DNA of 64,000 nt from the human T2T-CHM13v2.0 reference genome, Homo sapiens, in the NCBI RefSeq assembly GCF_009914755.1, contig NC_060927.1. The stretch is one strand, 5' to 3'. Under the pieces are notes generated by a model, which saw only the letters and a program-made list of their open reading frames with translations, had not been told where the DNA came from and did no database searches. The position numbers and the translations under genes were made by a program. Below, piece by piece: positions 28,710 to 44,488 of the stretch (its first letter is position 1; each line of letters starts with the position of its first letter).

Positions 28710-31672
28710 GAAATTTAACTGAATGAATCTTTCAGTCTTTCAAATACATGACACCAGTTCTCTCAAATATATTTTTCCTAACTGGTACTTATGTCCATTT
28801 GAACTTTTCATGAATGATTATTTGAGAAAAACAGAACTCCCTAGGTAAGCCAAGCTATCTTATTATTAGGTAATTATAAAATGCTCCCCAAGGTTGAAAT
28901 CTGACAATATTCTCACGGTCTCCCTGCCCTGCCTCCTCCCCTTCATCTTCTCCATGTTACTTCCCTGATCTGACCTATGGAGAAGGGAGATATTCAGAAT
29001 ATGAGGTATTATTACAAAACAAATGTCATGAGCAAGCTGCTCTACCACGTAGACACTGTAGAAGATTTTTTTCCAGCCTTGTGACAATATTAAAGATATG
29101 GTTTTCATATTGCTTGTGCTTAATAGGTTGTTGAAAGTCAAACATTAAAAGAACTTGGGGAAATCATGACCAGTGGCATATCTGGAGAAAAGTGTCACCT
29201 GGTGATGAGAAAGATGATGATGTCAGCGATGGGATAAGCTGGGGTCAAAAGACACCTGCGCAGCTTCTTGGCAGTGGCAAAGAATAATCTTCCCTCAGAC
29301 TCAAAACAAAAACCTCCTAAATATAGAAGGCACAGTGCATGAGTCTGGTTCCTGGGGGTAGAGATGCAGATATAACTGACCCAGCTTCCATGGCTGTGGA
29401 AGAGTTAAAGGACACCAATGGCCACAGTGAGGAAGAAAAAGCTATTCTGGAGGACCAAGCAATCACTGAGGAGGCAGCTCCGACCTTTGATTTGCTAATT
29501 AATTTTGCAAAAAGGCAACCTGCAGTACATGGCTCCCAAGAGCAGACAGGACACAACCTTCACCCAGCTTTCAGAGAGACAAACAAACAGCCAAAAGCAA
29601 GCTGACTTTGGGGCTTTTCCAAAAGAGCAATTTGCAGGGCATTTCCTGGGGTCAGTGATCACTCAGCCCTCTGGGCCATCCTGTCTGCTGCAATTACCAC
29701 AGTACAAAGAAGTGGCCAATGTTTGGGAGGCTGACCAAGGAGCCTGCAGGGCAGAGAGGGACACCCCAGGCTTTGATGCCACCTCTCTCCTGTCGCTCCT
29801 GCCTCTAGTCTCCACCTATTGTTAGGAGTGTGACCTCAGCCGAATTTCTTATCCTTTTTTTAACCTTAGTTTTTCTACTTGTGAAGACAACAGGCCCACC
29901 TGCCTTACAAGATTATTGTGATAAAAACTAAAGGAGATGGTGTGAACGTAGTGAGTGCCTACTGTTTTGTGGAGCCGTACCCCTTTGTCTGGAGACTCCC
30001 ACACCCATTCCACCTACACGGTTTCCAGGGCAGTCATCCTATCGGTGCCAAGACCACCTGCTCCTTGGCCACAGTTAATCAGTTCTGAGATGCACACCAG
30101 CCAAACCAGGCCAACTACAGTCCTATCCTGGGAAGTTGAGGAACTGAAAAAATGAAGAAGGGCCAATCTCACTCCTGGAAACTGAGGACCAATAAAAGAT
30201 GAAGATATCCTTGTTCTGCAGAGCAGAAAAAGATGGGCCTCAATGAGAGAGAAACCGAAGGAGTCCAAAGACAAGCAGGGGTGAAGAGAAGGAGTTCTTC
30301 CTGGGAATCCGCAGGGCTCCATCCGGGTCCTAGTCAATTCTCAGTACAACAGCACCTTTATAGACCCCATAAAGCCCTCGAATACATCTCCAGTTTTGCC
30401 TAGCTTAGCAAAAGCCATGTTCTAATACGTAGAGTGCAGAGAGTTCTTCATAATACAGCTTCTTGGCAGTCAGGGGGTTCTCACTCACTCATTCAACAAA
30501 TAGGTCTTGAGTGCCTCATTCAACAAATATGTCTGTGCCAGGCACATCCTGAGGGCTGGAATGCACAGTCCCCATCCTCACGGAACTTATGGTCCCATGG
30601 GGAATATGGGCATGCCCCAAATAATCACCCAAATAAATATATGATGATGTAACTCTTGGTTCCTTTCCCTTGTATTATTAGAAAAACGCTAACTTATGTC
30701 TGACACAGACATTTAAGAAGATCGAGAAGCATCTTAATGGGGTTAAAGGTCAATGCTGGCACTTCAACAGTTAAACTTCAGCCACGTGGAAAAGGCACCA
30801 ATCCCAGCAGCTCCTTCCCTCCTGCCAGATGAGGGAGGCGGCACTGTGTATCCGTGGGCTTCACAGTTCCCCTTGGTCCCCATCATCACCTTTATTGCTC
30901 TCTTTAAATCCTGGGGTTTCAATTGTCCTTCCCATCAGAATGATTCTGTTTTTAACAACCCCAGACCTTTCTCTTCGTTATTCTCTAGCCCCAGGCTGGT
31001 GCATCCACATCATCTAAGAGAGGCATCGTTCCCAAGCAGAGGGCAGTGCAGACCCCAAGGAGCTGTGTTGTCACTGATTTATGACTCCCCATCCTCTGCC
31101 TGTTGAGGAAAATCACTTTATCAAGATGAGAAATCAGGGCTGGGGGTGGAGCAGTGTTTCCTGATTGGCTCCAAACACTCTCCTGCATATTTCAGAGGCA
31201 CTTATATTTACAAGTCATCAGGGCTGCATGCAAGTGATGTGGAGAGAAATGACCAAATATTGAACAGAGGGGCGTGATTTGCCTTATATTTATTCAGTTA
31301 TGCTTTTCAGGATGTAAAGGATGGAGTGTAGCAATTCCGAATGTAGAAATAACAAGCAGGAGCAGCCGGCCTGCACCCATTCTAGGGGAGATACTTTTCT
31401 GCCTCTTAGTCTCCCATTCGATGGATCTGAATGCACTTGGGGTTCAATAGTATCATCTTCATCACCATCCATGTCATGATCATCACATTTCAGAGCTGGC
31501 AGGTTCTTAAGCATCCTTCTGGTCGAATCTATTGTTTCACAGATTAGGAAACTGAGGTTCAGAAAGGAGGAAAAACTTGCTCAAGGTCACACTGTGAAAT
31601 TGAGACTGGGACTAAAAGCCAGATCCTCTGACTTCTGATCCATTGTTGTCAGGCCTTTTGTAGGCAGCCTGA

Positions 31673-32017
<345 letters not shown>

Positions 32018-33288
32018 AGGTATCTTAACATTAGGGTGTTTCCAGTCTCAGACAGACATATACAAAAATGCACAAGAGAAATTTTTTGTTTTTACTGTTT
32101 GTTTCCAGCTAAATAATAATGTAATCATATTATAAAAACCTGGAAAGTAGGAAAAAGAAAGAATTAGTCGTATCATTCTAACACAATCTATGTTAGCATT
32201 TTGTTCTTTTACTTTCTACTTCCTTTATATTTCATTCCCTCCGCATGTAGTTGTAATTATAGTATATCTGCACAATTTTGTGTCCTACGTTTTCATTTAA
32301 CTTTATGGCACAAGAATTTTCCATGTTATTACTTTGGCTTCATAACCATAATTTTAAGGATTACTTAATATTCTACCAGAGAGATATACCACAGTTTACT
32401 TATCCATTCCTGTATCACTGGACATTTAGCTTTTGCCCGTTTTTCATTAACATAAATAATGCTGCAATGAACATCTTACGCATGTAGCTTCCCCCTATAT
32501 TTATGTTATTTCTGTAGAATAGCTTCCAAAAGTGGAATAACTAGGCCAATGATTCTGAACAGTTTTATTCTCTTGATACATATTGCCAAATTGTCTGCTA
32601 AAAGCTTACTAATTTACATAAACAATTTTGAACAAGAGTGAAAAGAGCAACTAAATAAAAACTTGGCAAGGAATAAAATAAGAACCACTCCATGTACACA
32701 TCACGGATGTTAAATGCATTCTGGTGCATGTGCTGTGGGATAAGCATCTCGCTCTCATAGTTGAAAACAGGAAGAAAGCAAAGGCCCTCAGGCCTGTCGT
32801 GCTGTTATTATTTCCAGGCTCAGGCACTGTAGCTCTTGTGGCTGCACAACAGAATCACCTAAAATATTTCAAACTGCTGCTATCCAGGGCTGGCCCCTAA
32901 ATATTCTAGTTTACTTAGCCTGGGGCGTGGTCTTGCTCTGAGATGGCAGAAGGTTTCCAGGTGATTCTATTGCGAGGCCAGGTCAAGCAGCCCTGCGTGG
33001 TTTCGGAGGCAGTCAGGGAGATTGAAGAGGTCAACAGAGACAGAGACACTGAGTGATGTCCCTAGCCCCGGTGTTTCCTCCTCTGTTTCCTGTGCCCTGG
33101 GGAGACCTCAGCCCATGGGTGCCAACAAGTCTCTCACTGCTCCTCCCATCCTGAGGCCGGAAAGGCTGGCTACATTCAGCTCCCACGGGCCCCAAGGACT
33201 CCTAAGAGGATTAAATGAGGAAGAACACAAAGTCAGGGACAACTGTGGAGTTTCCAAACTGCCAGCTAAGGGACCTTAAAAGGATGGG

Positions 33289-33451
33289 AGGTCAGGCGCA
33301 GTGGTTCACGCCTGTTATCTCAGCACTTTGGGAGGCTGAGGTGGGAGGATCGCCTGAGCCAGGAGTTTAAGGCTACAGTGAGCTATGATCACACCACTGC
33401 ACTGCAGCCTGGGTGACAGAGCGAGGCCGTGTCTCGAAAAAAAAAAAAAAA
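33289..33451 (+). mobile_element. Alu monomer (FRAM/FLAM-like)
   Basis: A single arm of about 150 bp followed by poly-A. Confidence 0.8.
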
Positions 33452-33712
33452 GCTAAAATGGAAATTCCAAATGTTCAACTTTAGGGCTTGGTAAACACAT
33501 CATAGTATATTCACATACTGGAGTGTCACGTAGCCACTAAAAAGAATTTATTTGTGCTAAAATGAAAAGTTCTTCAAAATTCTACATGAAAAAAAGCCAG
33601 GTGCAGAAGAGATGTACAGTATAATCTGATTTAGGTAAAAAGAACCCTATTACATACATGCTGACTTGTTTACACACAGAAGGTGTCGGAAAAGATACAT
33701 AAGAAATGAACA

Positions 33713-34131
<419 letters not shown>

Positions 34132-35422
34132 CTACTGCTTATAGTGTAGGTCTTAAATATGTATTACTTTTGTAATTTTATTTTTAAAAGACTATTATAT
34201 GGTTTTCCAATAACGGGGGGCGGGGAAGAAAGACAATAGTAAGAATAATAATCTCATACATTCCTCCTAGCACATTACAGTTCTAAAAGCACAATCACTC
34301 TTTTGAGATGAGTTGGATCAGTATTATTCTCATTTTATAAGCAAAGAAGCTGAAGCTACAAGAAGTAAACAAACAGCAAGATAATCAGGACTGATCACAT
34401 GTAGACTTGAGTTCCAGGCTTCCAACTTCTAACCTTCTGATCTTAACATCCTTTCTGTGATTCCGTACTTCAGAAATAAATCTCACAGAAGCAGGATTCG
34501 GATGTCCCAGAAAACACTGATTTCCACTTGCCATGGATTTTTCTGCCCTCAACCACCCACACTGGAGCTTGGGAGGCATGGAAAAGTACCTGGGGGAGCC
34601 TGCTCCCACAGGAGAAGGGGAGAAGCAGAGCTGGGCAACTGACCTTCAAGGAGGCCAGTGGTGATAATGGGTCCACTTAGCAAGCAGGCCCCTCCCCTGG
34701 GAGTTCTGTGGTCTGAAGCTCCCTGTCTCCCAGGATGTGAGCTGAATGAAGGGGAGAGGCAGTCTGAGAGTAACCTGGCTGGAAGTGTGTGAGGGAAGAG
34801 GAGAAAATACAATCACTGATCATTGAAAATGCAACATGCAGCACAAAGCTTAGCAGCTAAAGTTAGCTCCCAGTCCAACCCTAATCACCAACTCTGGGCC
34901 GGAAAGCGTTAACCAACCATCACCACTGAGTTTGGGCCTCAATTCCCCCTTGCCCCCAGGCAGAATTCTTCAGAGCAAAGCAGAGAGAGATAGCAAATAG
35001 CTCAAGCTCCATCAGAGCCCCATAAAACACCACACTGGCTGAGGCCAAGAGAATCTTTTAAAGGTCATTTGTGTACCTGGCTTCCACACTGCACACCTCT
35101 CCACCACTCTCCACTATATCTCCAGTGCTTGTTGGGTGGGGGTGGGAGGGGTGCATCTTCCTTGCCTCTGTGTCCCCCACAGCGTCTTGCCTCCAGCTGG
35201 CATAAAAACACCTCCATAAGTGTATATCAAAGTAAATGGAATGGACACCATCAAAGATGGTGAAGACGGTGATGGCCAATAATTATTCTGTTTAATTAAT
35301 TAATGCCATCAATTATATAAATTATACATTGTATGTTATAAACATAATATATTATTATATTTTATCAATTTTATAAGTTTCTATAAATTTTTAATTTATA
35401 ATGCATTTGTTTATTTACAGGT

Positions 35423-35739
35423 TTTTTTTCTTTCTTTCTTTCTTTTTTTTTTTGAGACAGGGTCTCACTCTGTCACCCAGGCAGGAGTGCAGTGGCACAG
35501 TCACGGCTCACTGCAGCCTTGACCTCCCAGGCTCAAGCAATCCTCCCACTTCAGCCTCTTGAGCAGCTGGGACTACAGGTGCTTGCTACCATGGCTGGCT
35601 AATTTTGTATTTTTCGTAGAGACAGGGTTTTTCCGTATTGCCCAGGCTGGTCTCGAACTCCTGGGCTCAAACAATCCTGAACCAGCCACCTCGGCCTCCC
35701 AAAGTGCTGGGATTACAGGCATGAGCCAGCATGCCCAGC
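35423..35739 (-). mobile_element. AluJ-type SINE
   Basis: Antisense dimer with J features. Confidence 0.9.
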
Positions 35740-37342
35740 CTACAGCTAATTTTTTATGAAGCTTGTGAAATAGAAACTAACCCTTACTACTCCATTTTAC
35801 AGATGCAGACACTAAGCCCTACAGAGGTGAAGGAACTGTGGCCTCAGGCTGCACCGTGAGTAAGGGGAAGCCTGGAGTCTAAACATTGTGACTCACAGTT
35901 AGCACTGCTGCCCATACCACTTTGGAAGGACAGTGTGTTTCTCCAGCAGAAAGTGTTGAGCCATAATTAATCAGTAAGAGGTTTCCCAGGGAAGGATGGG
36001 GTAGTCAGAGTGGTGGGTTCAGAGCTACGTTTGATAGGGAATTATTTGGAGTTGTTAAGGTAAAGAATGAACCCACGAGGTGTGTTCATCTGATGAAAAA
36101 TCTATCAAGCCAGACTTATGATTTGTGCACTTTTTTGTATGTAGGTTATGCTTCAATAAAAATTAAATTAAAAAAAACGAGTGAGCAAATGGTCCCTGAG
36201 GCCCCTGGTGCTGTCTTATATAGAAGGATGACTGGTTAATGCTTTTGCCTCCCAGTGGAGTAGGAGAAGACAGGTGTTCGCTCTCTTGGAATCTCTCCCT
36301 GCTCCACAGCATCCTCCACACTTGCACCAAGCTGTCATCCTGAAATAAAGGCCCAATCAGGTCCTCCTCTGCCTACAATTCCTCAGTGGCTTCTTGTTAC
36401 CTGCAGAATAAATTCCACACTCCTTGGCAAAGCCAGACACATTCTGTGCCTACCCAGCTTTCCAAGTTAACACTTAATAATAGGAGAGGGGGCAGAAGTA
36501 GTAACTGAGCATGGAGACCCTGGGCTCAACCATCTCCTGGTCATGTGACCTTGGGCAGGTCTCTGAACCTCATCTGTAGGGTAGAAGTGATGGTAATGTA
36601 CCAAGGTAGAGGCCATGGTGAAGGGAGCAGAGATTATGCACATCAAACATATAAAACAATGTCATGTATCCAGTTAGCTCTCAGTGAATGTTTGCAATCA
36701 CTTTCCTTTTTCATCTGACTACCCCGACACCTTAGATTATTTCCTCACCATTCTCTGACCATAGGATTGTACTCTTTCCCTCCCATTCCTACATCTTCTC
36801 TACCCACCAAATTCTCCCCTTGTCTCTGTTGAGATGAACTCCCTTGTCCTCAGTTGAGATGAACTCAATGGCCATTCCTCTGGAAAGGCTCTTTCCAGCC
36901 CCTCCCTACCAATGTGAAACTTCTCCACCCGCTCTCGTGGTCCCATAGTGCTTTGTGCCTCCACTGGAGCACTTATTCTGTGGCACCTGCTCCGTCGTTT
37001 GTTCTTCAGTAGGGGACTTTCTCCATCACTGCTGCATAAACATCTTCTTGCTCATCTCCAGGAACCTCCCACTGAGTGATGGGCACTTTGCACATTGGAG
37101 AGGACAGCACCTGAGATGATTGTCCAGCAGGCGAACATCCCAGCCCTTTCTCGGAGACATGCCACTATCCCCAGCAATATTTTGTGCAGTGCAACTTCAA
37201 TCCCACTTCCCAAGCCACTGTTGATAGGGCCAGGGCTGAGCAACCAATCCAAGCTGGCCTGACCGGTATGTGCAGTCCTGGGAATCATAAGTGGATGGAA
37301 CAGCTGCTGCTGGTCTGGCCAGCACTGCCCCATCCCCGCCTA

Positions 37343-37775
37343 TTGTGGGTTGAATTGTGTCCCCTTCCCACCAGATAATGTTGAAATCCTAATCCCTAGC
37401 ACATGAATGTGACCTTATTTGGAAATGGAGTCTCTGGAAATAGATGATCCAGTTAAGATGAGGTCATTAGGGTGGGCCCTAATCCAACATGACCCAGTGT
37501 CCTTTATAAAAAGGGGAAATCTAGACACAGAGATAGACATGTACAAAGAGAAGATGATAAGGAGACACAGGGGAAACACCGTCTATAAACCAAGGAACCC
37601 TGAGGCTACCAGACACTAGGAGAAAGGCAGAGAAAAGATTTTTCCTCACAGCCTTCAGAAGGAGCCAACCCTGCTGACACCTTGATTTCAGACTTCTGGC
37701 CTCCAGAACTGAGACACTAAATATCTGTTCTAAGCCACCCAGTCTGTGATACTTTGTTACAGCAGTCCTAGGACA
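37343..37775 (+). mobile_element. MaLR solo LTR (MLT1B/C-like)
   Basis: gggttgaattgtgtcccc...gaatgtgaccttatttggaaat...taagatgaggtcattagggtgggccctaatcca...aaccctgctgacaccttgattt...tttgttacagcag. Confidence 0.85.
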
Positions 37776-40056
37776 CCCTCCTTTTGATGTGCTTCTCCTC
37801 TCCTCTCAAGCATGTGGTTCGAGAAGAAGTTACTCTTTTCCTCCTCCCCTGTGGTCATTGTCATTGACATTGTTGTCACCATCATCATCATCGTCAACAT
37901 CATTATCATCATAACTAACCCATACAGAGCCTAACTTTGTTGGGCACTATTCTAAGTAGTCTAAATTTAATCTTTATAAAATCTATGAGATGGGTCCTAT
38001 TGATATCCCCACTTAACAGACAAGAACACTGAGATATAGAGAGGTTTAAGTGCCAAGAGTCACACAGCTAATCAGCAACAGAACCCGGATTTAAACCCAG
38101 GTAGTCTGACTTCGGAGCCTATAAGGGATAGAAACATGTCCCAAGCAGGATCAAGTAGAGTTCTAAGGGTTTTTTTAAAAAATTGAAATTTGGAGAAGAA
38201 GAGTCAAGCCTCTTAGGTGGTAAGATTTATCAGTCGTCATCAGGGGTTCATGGCCTTCAACATGTGTAAAGGGCAGGTCTGTATTAAAGAAAGGATGCTC
38301 ACAGTCAGAGAAAAGAAATGGGGATATGAATGATATCCAGTCCCTTTCACCCTCTGTCAAGGAGGCTTAGTCCCAGCCCTGCCCTTTCCAAGGCTTGTTT
38401 ATAAGAGCCCATAAATCATGGTTTTGTCCAAGCTAGTTATGTTGGGTTTTCATCATTTGCAAGCAGAAGATCCTGCACCAGCACACCTGCAAATTAAAAA
38501 CTGGGACTGAAAGACTCCATTTCTATTGGGAGTGGTCTTTTGAGTGGCAGGGATAAAAATAAACCTTGGCTCCTTTGAGACAAGGATCTCATGCAAGAGA
38601 CTGGGTATCAGAGAAAGCTGGGCTTTGCAGCCGGGGAGGAGGCAGTAGACGCCAAGAAAAGCAGAGAGGGGATGGAGAAAGAGCACGCCATGGAGTCCTG
38701 AGAGTTTTCCAGTTCTGAGGCTTGGCTGCATTCTCCCTGAATCCGTGTGATCCACACCCCCTTTTCAGTTTAAACTGGCACAAGTTGGTTTCAGTAGGTT
38801 GCATGCAAAGAATCATAAATAATACACATGCAATAGGAACTCAATAACTGTTGGATAGAATGCAAGGTTTTTAAGTGAGGCAGTAAGTAAGATGAAGATT
38901 ATTTCTTAGGAATATTGCTCTGGAGCCTGTATGGCGGGGAGATGAGGTGGTGGAGTGCAGACAGTGGCAGAGATTCCAGAGATACCCACGGAGGGGAGAG
39001 GCCAGCGTGGCTAAGAAGGGAAGTGTGGGTGCTGAAGGGAAGGACTTGGTGGGATTCCACAACCAAGGAGATGAGGGAGTAACAGGAGAGAGGATGTCAA
39101 AGATAACTGGGAATTTGTGCCTGATTTCCAGAAGGAAGGATGATACCATTAATAGAAGGAGGGAAGTCAGGAGAGAAGATGAGCAGGCTCTGGCTCTCAC
39201 ACACCGATGCTGAGCTGAGGCACCAGTGACAGAGCTAATTAGCGTTAATTGAACAGAAAGAAACGGGGCCTGGTGTTTGGGAGAGAAGTCAGCTGCAGAA
39301 TTAGAAATTCAGGGGTTCCCCTTAGCTGAGGGCTGAGGCCTGAGAGAGGCTGAGGCAGCCCAGGGAGAGCGCAGAGGAAGAAACCAGGGGAGACACATTA
39401 TTTAGGAAACGAGAGACTAAATAACCTAAAAAATAAAGAGCAGGTAGAGAGGTGGGGCAGAAATGCAGCATGTGCAACACAGAGGAAATCGAGGAAGGAG
39501 AGGGTTTTCAGAAGAGGATCCTGGTGAATGGTGCTCAAAACTGCACACAGGCCAAACAAGGACGTTCTCAGGGGACTGAGACAAGGCAATTTAACTCACT
39601 GAGGAGGAGACCGTGGGAAACCTCCACGGGAGCAGCAAGTCGGTGATGAGGGTGGAAGACAGATGGGAAGTCCTTGGGGCAAGGAGGCTGCAAGTCATTT
39701 AATGCCACAGTAGTCTCCAGCTGTTTTTGCCTTCTCAGGGAGTGGTGACAATGATTTTACAACTAGGAAAATATCTGGATGCCCTGTTTGATGAGAAAGG
39801 TTGAAGGCTCCAGGACATAACCTGGATATGCTGGTGAGGTCATGAGAATCCTGAGCTACCCTGCCTGATAAACTGGGTTGAGGGGTTGGGGCTGTGGATT
39901 GGGGGTGGAGGTTAGCAGCCACCTCGTTAGTAGAGGGAGAAGATGTGGAGTGGTATCAGACAGGACTCTTGTTTGTAAACAACAGAAACCGACCCTGACC
40001 CTAGCTAACTTAAGCAGAAAAGAAATTCACAGGAAGGCTCACAGAATCCAGGAGAA

Positions 40057-40353
40057 GGCTGGGTGCAGTGGCTCACACCTATAATCCTAGCACTTTAAGA
40101 GGCCGAGGTAGGAGGATTGCTTGAGCCCACGAGTTCGAGATCAGCCTGAGCAACATAGTAAGACCCCATCTCTACTAAAAATACAAAAAATTAGCCAGAC
40201 GAAGTGGCATGGGCCTGTAGTCCCAGCTACTTGGGTGGCTGAGGTGGGAGGATGGCTTCATCCCAGGAGGTCAAGGCTGCAGTGAGCCATAATGGTGCCA
40301 CTACACTGCAGCCTGGGCAATGGGAGTGAGATCTGTCTCAAAAAAAAAAAAAA
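40057..40353 (+). mobile_element. AluJ-type SINE
   Basis: Target-site duplication aatccaggagaa on both sides. Confidence 0.92.
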
Positions 40354-40364
40354 TCCAGGAGAAG

Positions 40365-41245
<881 letters not shown>

Positions 41246-41609
41246 CCAGGAAAGTTGGAGAATGAGACTTGAAAAACAGGTAGAAAGCTGGACAGCCAAT
41301 GCCCCAGCCAAGGCCACACCAAGGAGTAGCCTGCTCAGGGCTGGACACCCTAGGCCATGTTGCCCAGACATGGGTGCCCCTCTTATAAACTATATAAACA
41401 TTCCTTCCGTTATTCATAGCACTCACTCCAAAGACAGAGCCACTGGCCTAGGCAGCTGGTTGGCTGAGTTTAGATCACTGTGCCCACACCTCAGCTACAA
41501 TATGGCCTTCGGGGATGCTGCAAATATGAGGCAGGATTCTGACTGTCACCAAGACCTATATGGTTGCAGGTCTGCCAAACACACGTACAGGCACAGGCAC
41601 CACTAGAGC

Positions 41610-41730
41610 AATCCCCATCACAGAAGGGTTTCTGTCTGATTCTCCAACCCCAGATGGGTGTCCAACAATTCAGTTCAATTCTAACACTGACTCCCAGAGT
41701 TAGTGTAGACCCCAAAGGTAAAGGGGCCAC
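41610..41730. mobile_element. MER21-like LTR fragment
   Basis: tgggtgtccaacaattcagttcaattctaacactgactcccagagttagtgtagacccca resembles the recalled MER21 consensus. Confidence 0.6.
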
Positions 41731-44149
41731 ATCATGTTTGTGTCAGCACAGGATGGAAAGAAACCAAAGTGCCAGTATCTCTAGCTCCAATATTTTGTTT
41801 CCACCGAGATGCATATGCCTTGGTGGAAACGAGATATGGGAGCTAGAGATGACAAAGGAAAACGTCTCATCCCCGAGAGCCCCCAGAATCCCTCTGTGAG
41901 AGTCCTCAGTCAAGACTCTCCAAAGGTACTTAGTGGGGAGAAGGTGTTGGGTTGTTTCCCATCATAAATGGGAAAAGGTTTTGAGTCATTTAAATGTAAC
42001 TATTAACAGAAGGGTGACCCCACAAGATAGAGGATCTGAGGATATCCTGGATGCTGACATTTGGCTTTAAATATAAACTTCAAGTCTTCAGTAATGTGAA
42101 TGTTATTGTTAAGGAAGAAAATGATGTCTTCCAAGGTCAGCCCTAGATTTAGTTACAGCAAGTCAATGTGTTTTTGTTGTTGTTGTTGTTTTAAATGAGC
42201 TAGAGCCTGGGGCCTTGTAGGTAAAATCAGTTGGGGAGTTAAGTTATGAAAAAAAAAATGGGGAAAGTGAAAAAAACACAGACACATTAGAGATATAGTT
42301 CTCAAGGGAGACCTTCTGAGCAGGATGAAGTTCAAATGCACTACCACAGGGTCCTCTGGTTTCACTTAGGGTCCATGAAAGAGGCCCAAAAGCACAGGTC
42401 CTGGAACCATGACTGGGTAGAGTTTGTCTGGGGGACTCCAGCCACATGAGGGGGTGGTCATAATTCTAACTGAAGGCCAAGGGGTGGGCCTGCAGGACTA
42501 CAGGGTTAAACAACTCACCAGCTAGAGTCAGGATGGGTAGGTGGAAAGGAGGGCAAGATGGTCAGAAGAGATAAGGACCCAGGCTGGAGAGGACAGGCAG
42601 AAAGCATGCATACTAACTTGAGAACTGGGCTTTGTAATGTGATGTTTTCTTAATGAAATGTCAGATGCAGGCCCTGCAAATGAGTCTATGATGAATGTCC
42701 AATCAATGTCCAATAATGAGTTACTAATTATTGTTCAATAACCAACCACGCACTTCCTAGGCCTGCCCTGAAACAAAGGTTGACCGTTGTCACGGTCAGT
42801 CCCTCCTGGAGGACGGGCTGCTCACCCAGCTTCATTCTCCTGAAGCTGTCCTTCTATGTACTCATTTTTGGAAGGACGTAGCCTAGCCCAGGTCTGTGAC
42901 AGTTCTTCTTTGGTCTTAAAATTACTTTATCAGTTTGTTCTGCTGTTTGTCTATATTCATGTTGAGAGGGTTTCCTTGTCTGTGTTGTCAAACCCTCTTG
43001 CTACAGTTCATTTCAGACATTTAATGAGCTCCTACTATGTGCTAGGCACTGGGGATACGAAGATAAATGAAGTAAACCAGATGCCGTGCCATCTTTGTCC
43101 TTAAGAGTTCACACCGTGTGTGTGTATGTGTGTGCGTGTATGTGTGTGCATGCACATGTGTGTGTATGTTGGGATATGGGTGTTGGAGTGGTTGAGAAAC
43201 TGGACATTGTAGGAAAATATAATATATTGTAAAGAGGACTATCAAAGAAAAGCTAATTATCCATCCAGTACAAATGCTAGCTAAATATTTTACACAGATC
43301 ATCTCATTTACTCATCAATAGAACTGTAAAGAAAGTACTGTTATTATTCCCATTTTACAGAAGGGGGATGTGAGGTCATGTCACTTCTCTAAGGCCACAC
43401 AGCTAGTAAGTGGCAGAGCCAGGACTCATATCCATGCCTTTCTAAGGTCACAGTTTTTTTTAATTGTAGTTAATACACATAACATAAAATTTACCATCTT
43501 AACTAGTTTTAAGTGTACATTCAGTAATATTAAGTACATTCACATCGTGGTATAACCAATCTCCAGAATGCTTTTTATCTTGCAAAATAGCAACTCTAAA
43601 CTTATTAAACATCTACTTCTCATTTTCCCATTTGTTTCTCCCCTGACTCCTGGCAACCACCATTCTAGCTCCTGTTTCTATGAATTTGACAATCCTTGGT
43701 AATTCATAAGTGGAATTGCACAGTATATGCCTTTTTGCGACTGGCTTATTTCACTTAGAATAATGTCCTCAAGGTTCATCAGTGTTGTAATTTGTATCAG
43801 AATTTCTCCCCTTGAAGGATGAGTGATATTCCATTGCATACCATATTTTGTTTATTCAGTCATTCATCGATGGACAGTTGCATTGCTTCCACATTTTGGC
43901 TCTTGTGAATAATGCTGCTATGAACATGGGTATACAAATATATCTTCAAGACACTCCTTTCAATTCTTTTGGATATATGCTCAGAAATGGAATTGCTGGG
44001 TCATATGGTATTTCTACATTTAATTTTTTGAGGAACTGTCATACTATTTTCCGTAGTGGCTGCACCTTTTTACATTCCCACCAACTGTGTACAAGGGCTC
44101 CAATTTTTCCACCCCTTGCCAGCACATGTTATTTCTCCATTTCTTTATT

Positions 44150-44488
44150 TAATTTATTTTTTCCTTCCTTCTTTCCTCCCTCCCTCCCTTCCTCTCCTCC
44201 CTTCCTTCCTTCCTTTCTTTTTCTTTCTTTTTCTTTCTTTCTTTTCTTTCTTTCTTTTCCTTTTCTTTTTTTCTTTCTTTCTCTCCTTTCTTCTCTCTCC
44301 TTCTCTCCTCTCTTTCTTTTCCTCTCCTGTTTCTTCCCCCTTTTCTTTCTCTCCTTCCTCCCTCCCTCTCTCCTTTCCTTCCTTCCTTCCTCCCTTCCTC
44401 CCCTCCCTTCCCTTTCCTTCTTTCCTTCCTTCCTTCCTTCCTTCCTTCCTTCCTTCCTTCCTTCCTTCCTTCCTTCCTTCCTTCTTTC
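44150..44488. repeat. ~340-bp polypyrimidine tract with (TTCC)n/(TTTC)n
   Basis: Almost exclusively C/T on the + strand. Confidence 0.97.

Noticed and set aside
29339-29605. 88-aa ORF as an independent functional microprotein
   Set aside because: It is the C-terminal remnant of the JRK-like fossil. No promoter or splice support was seen.
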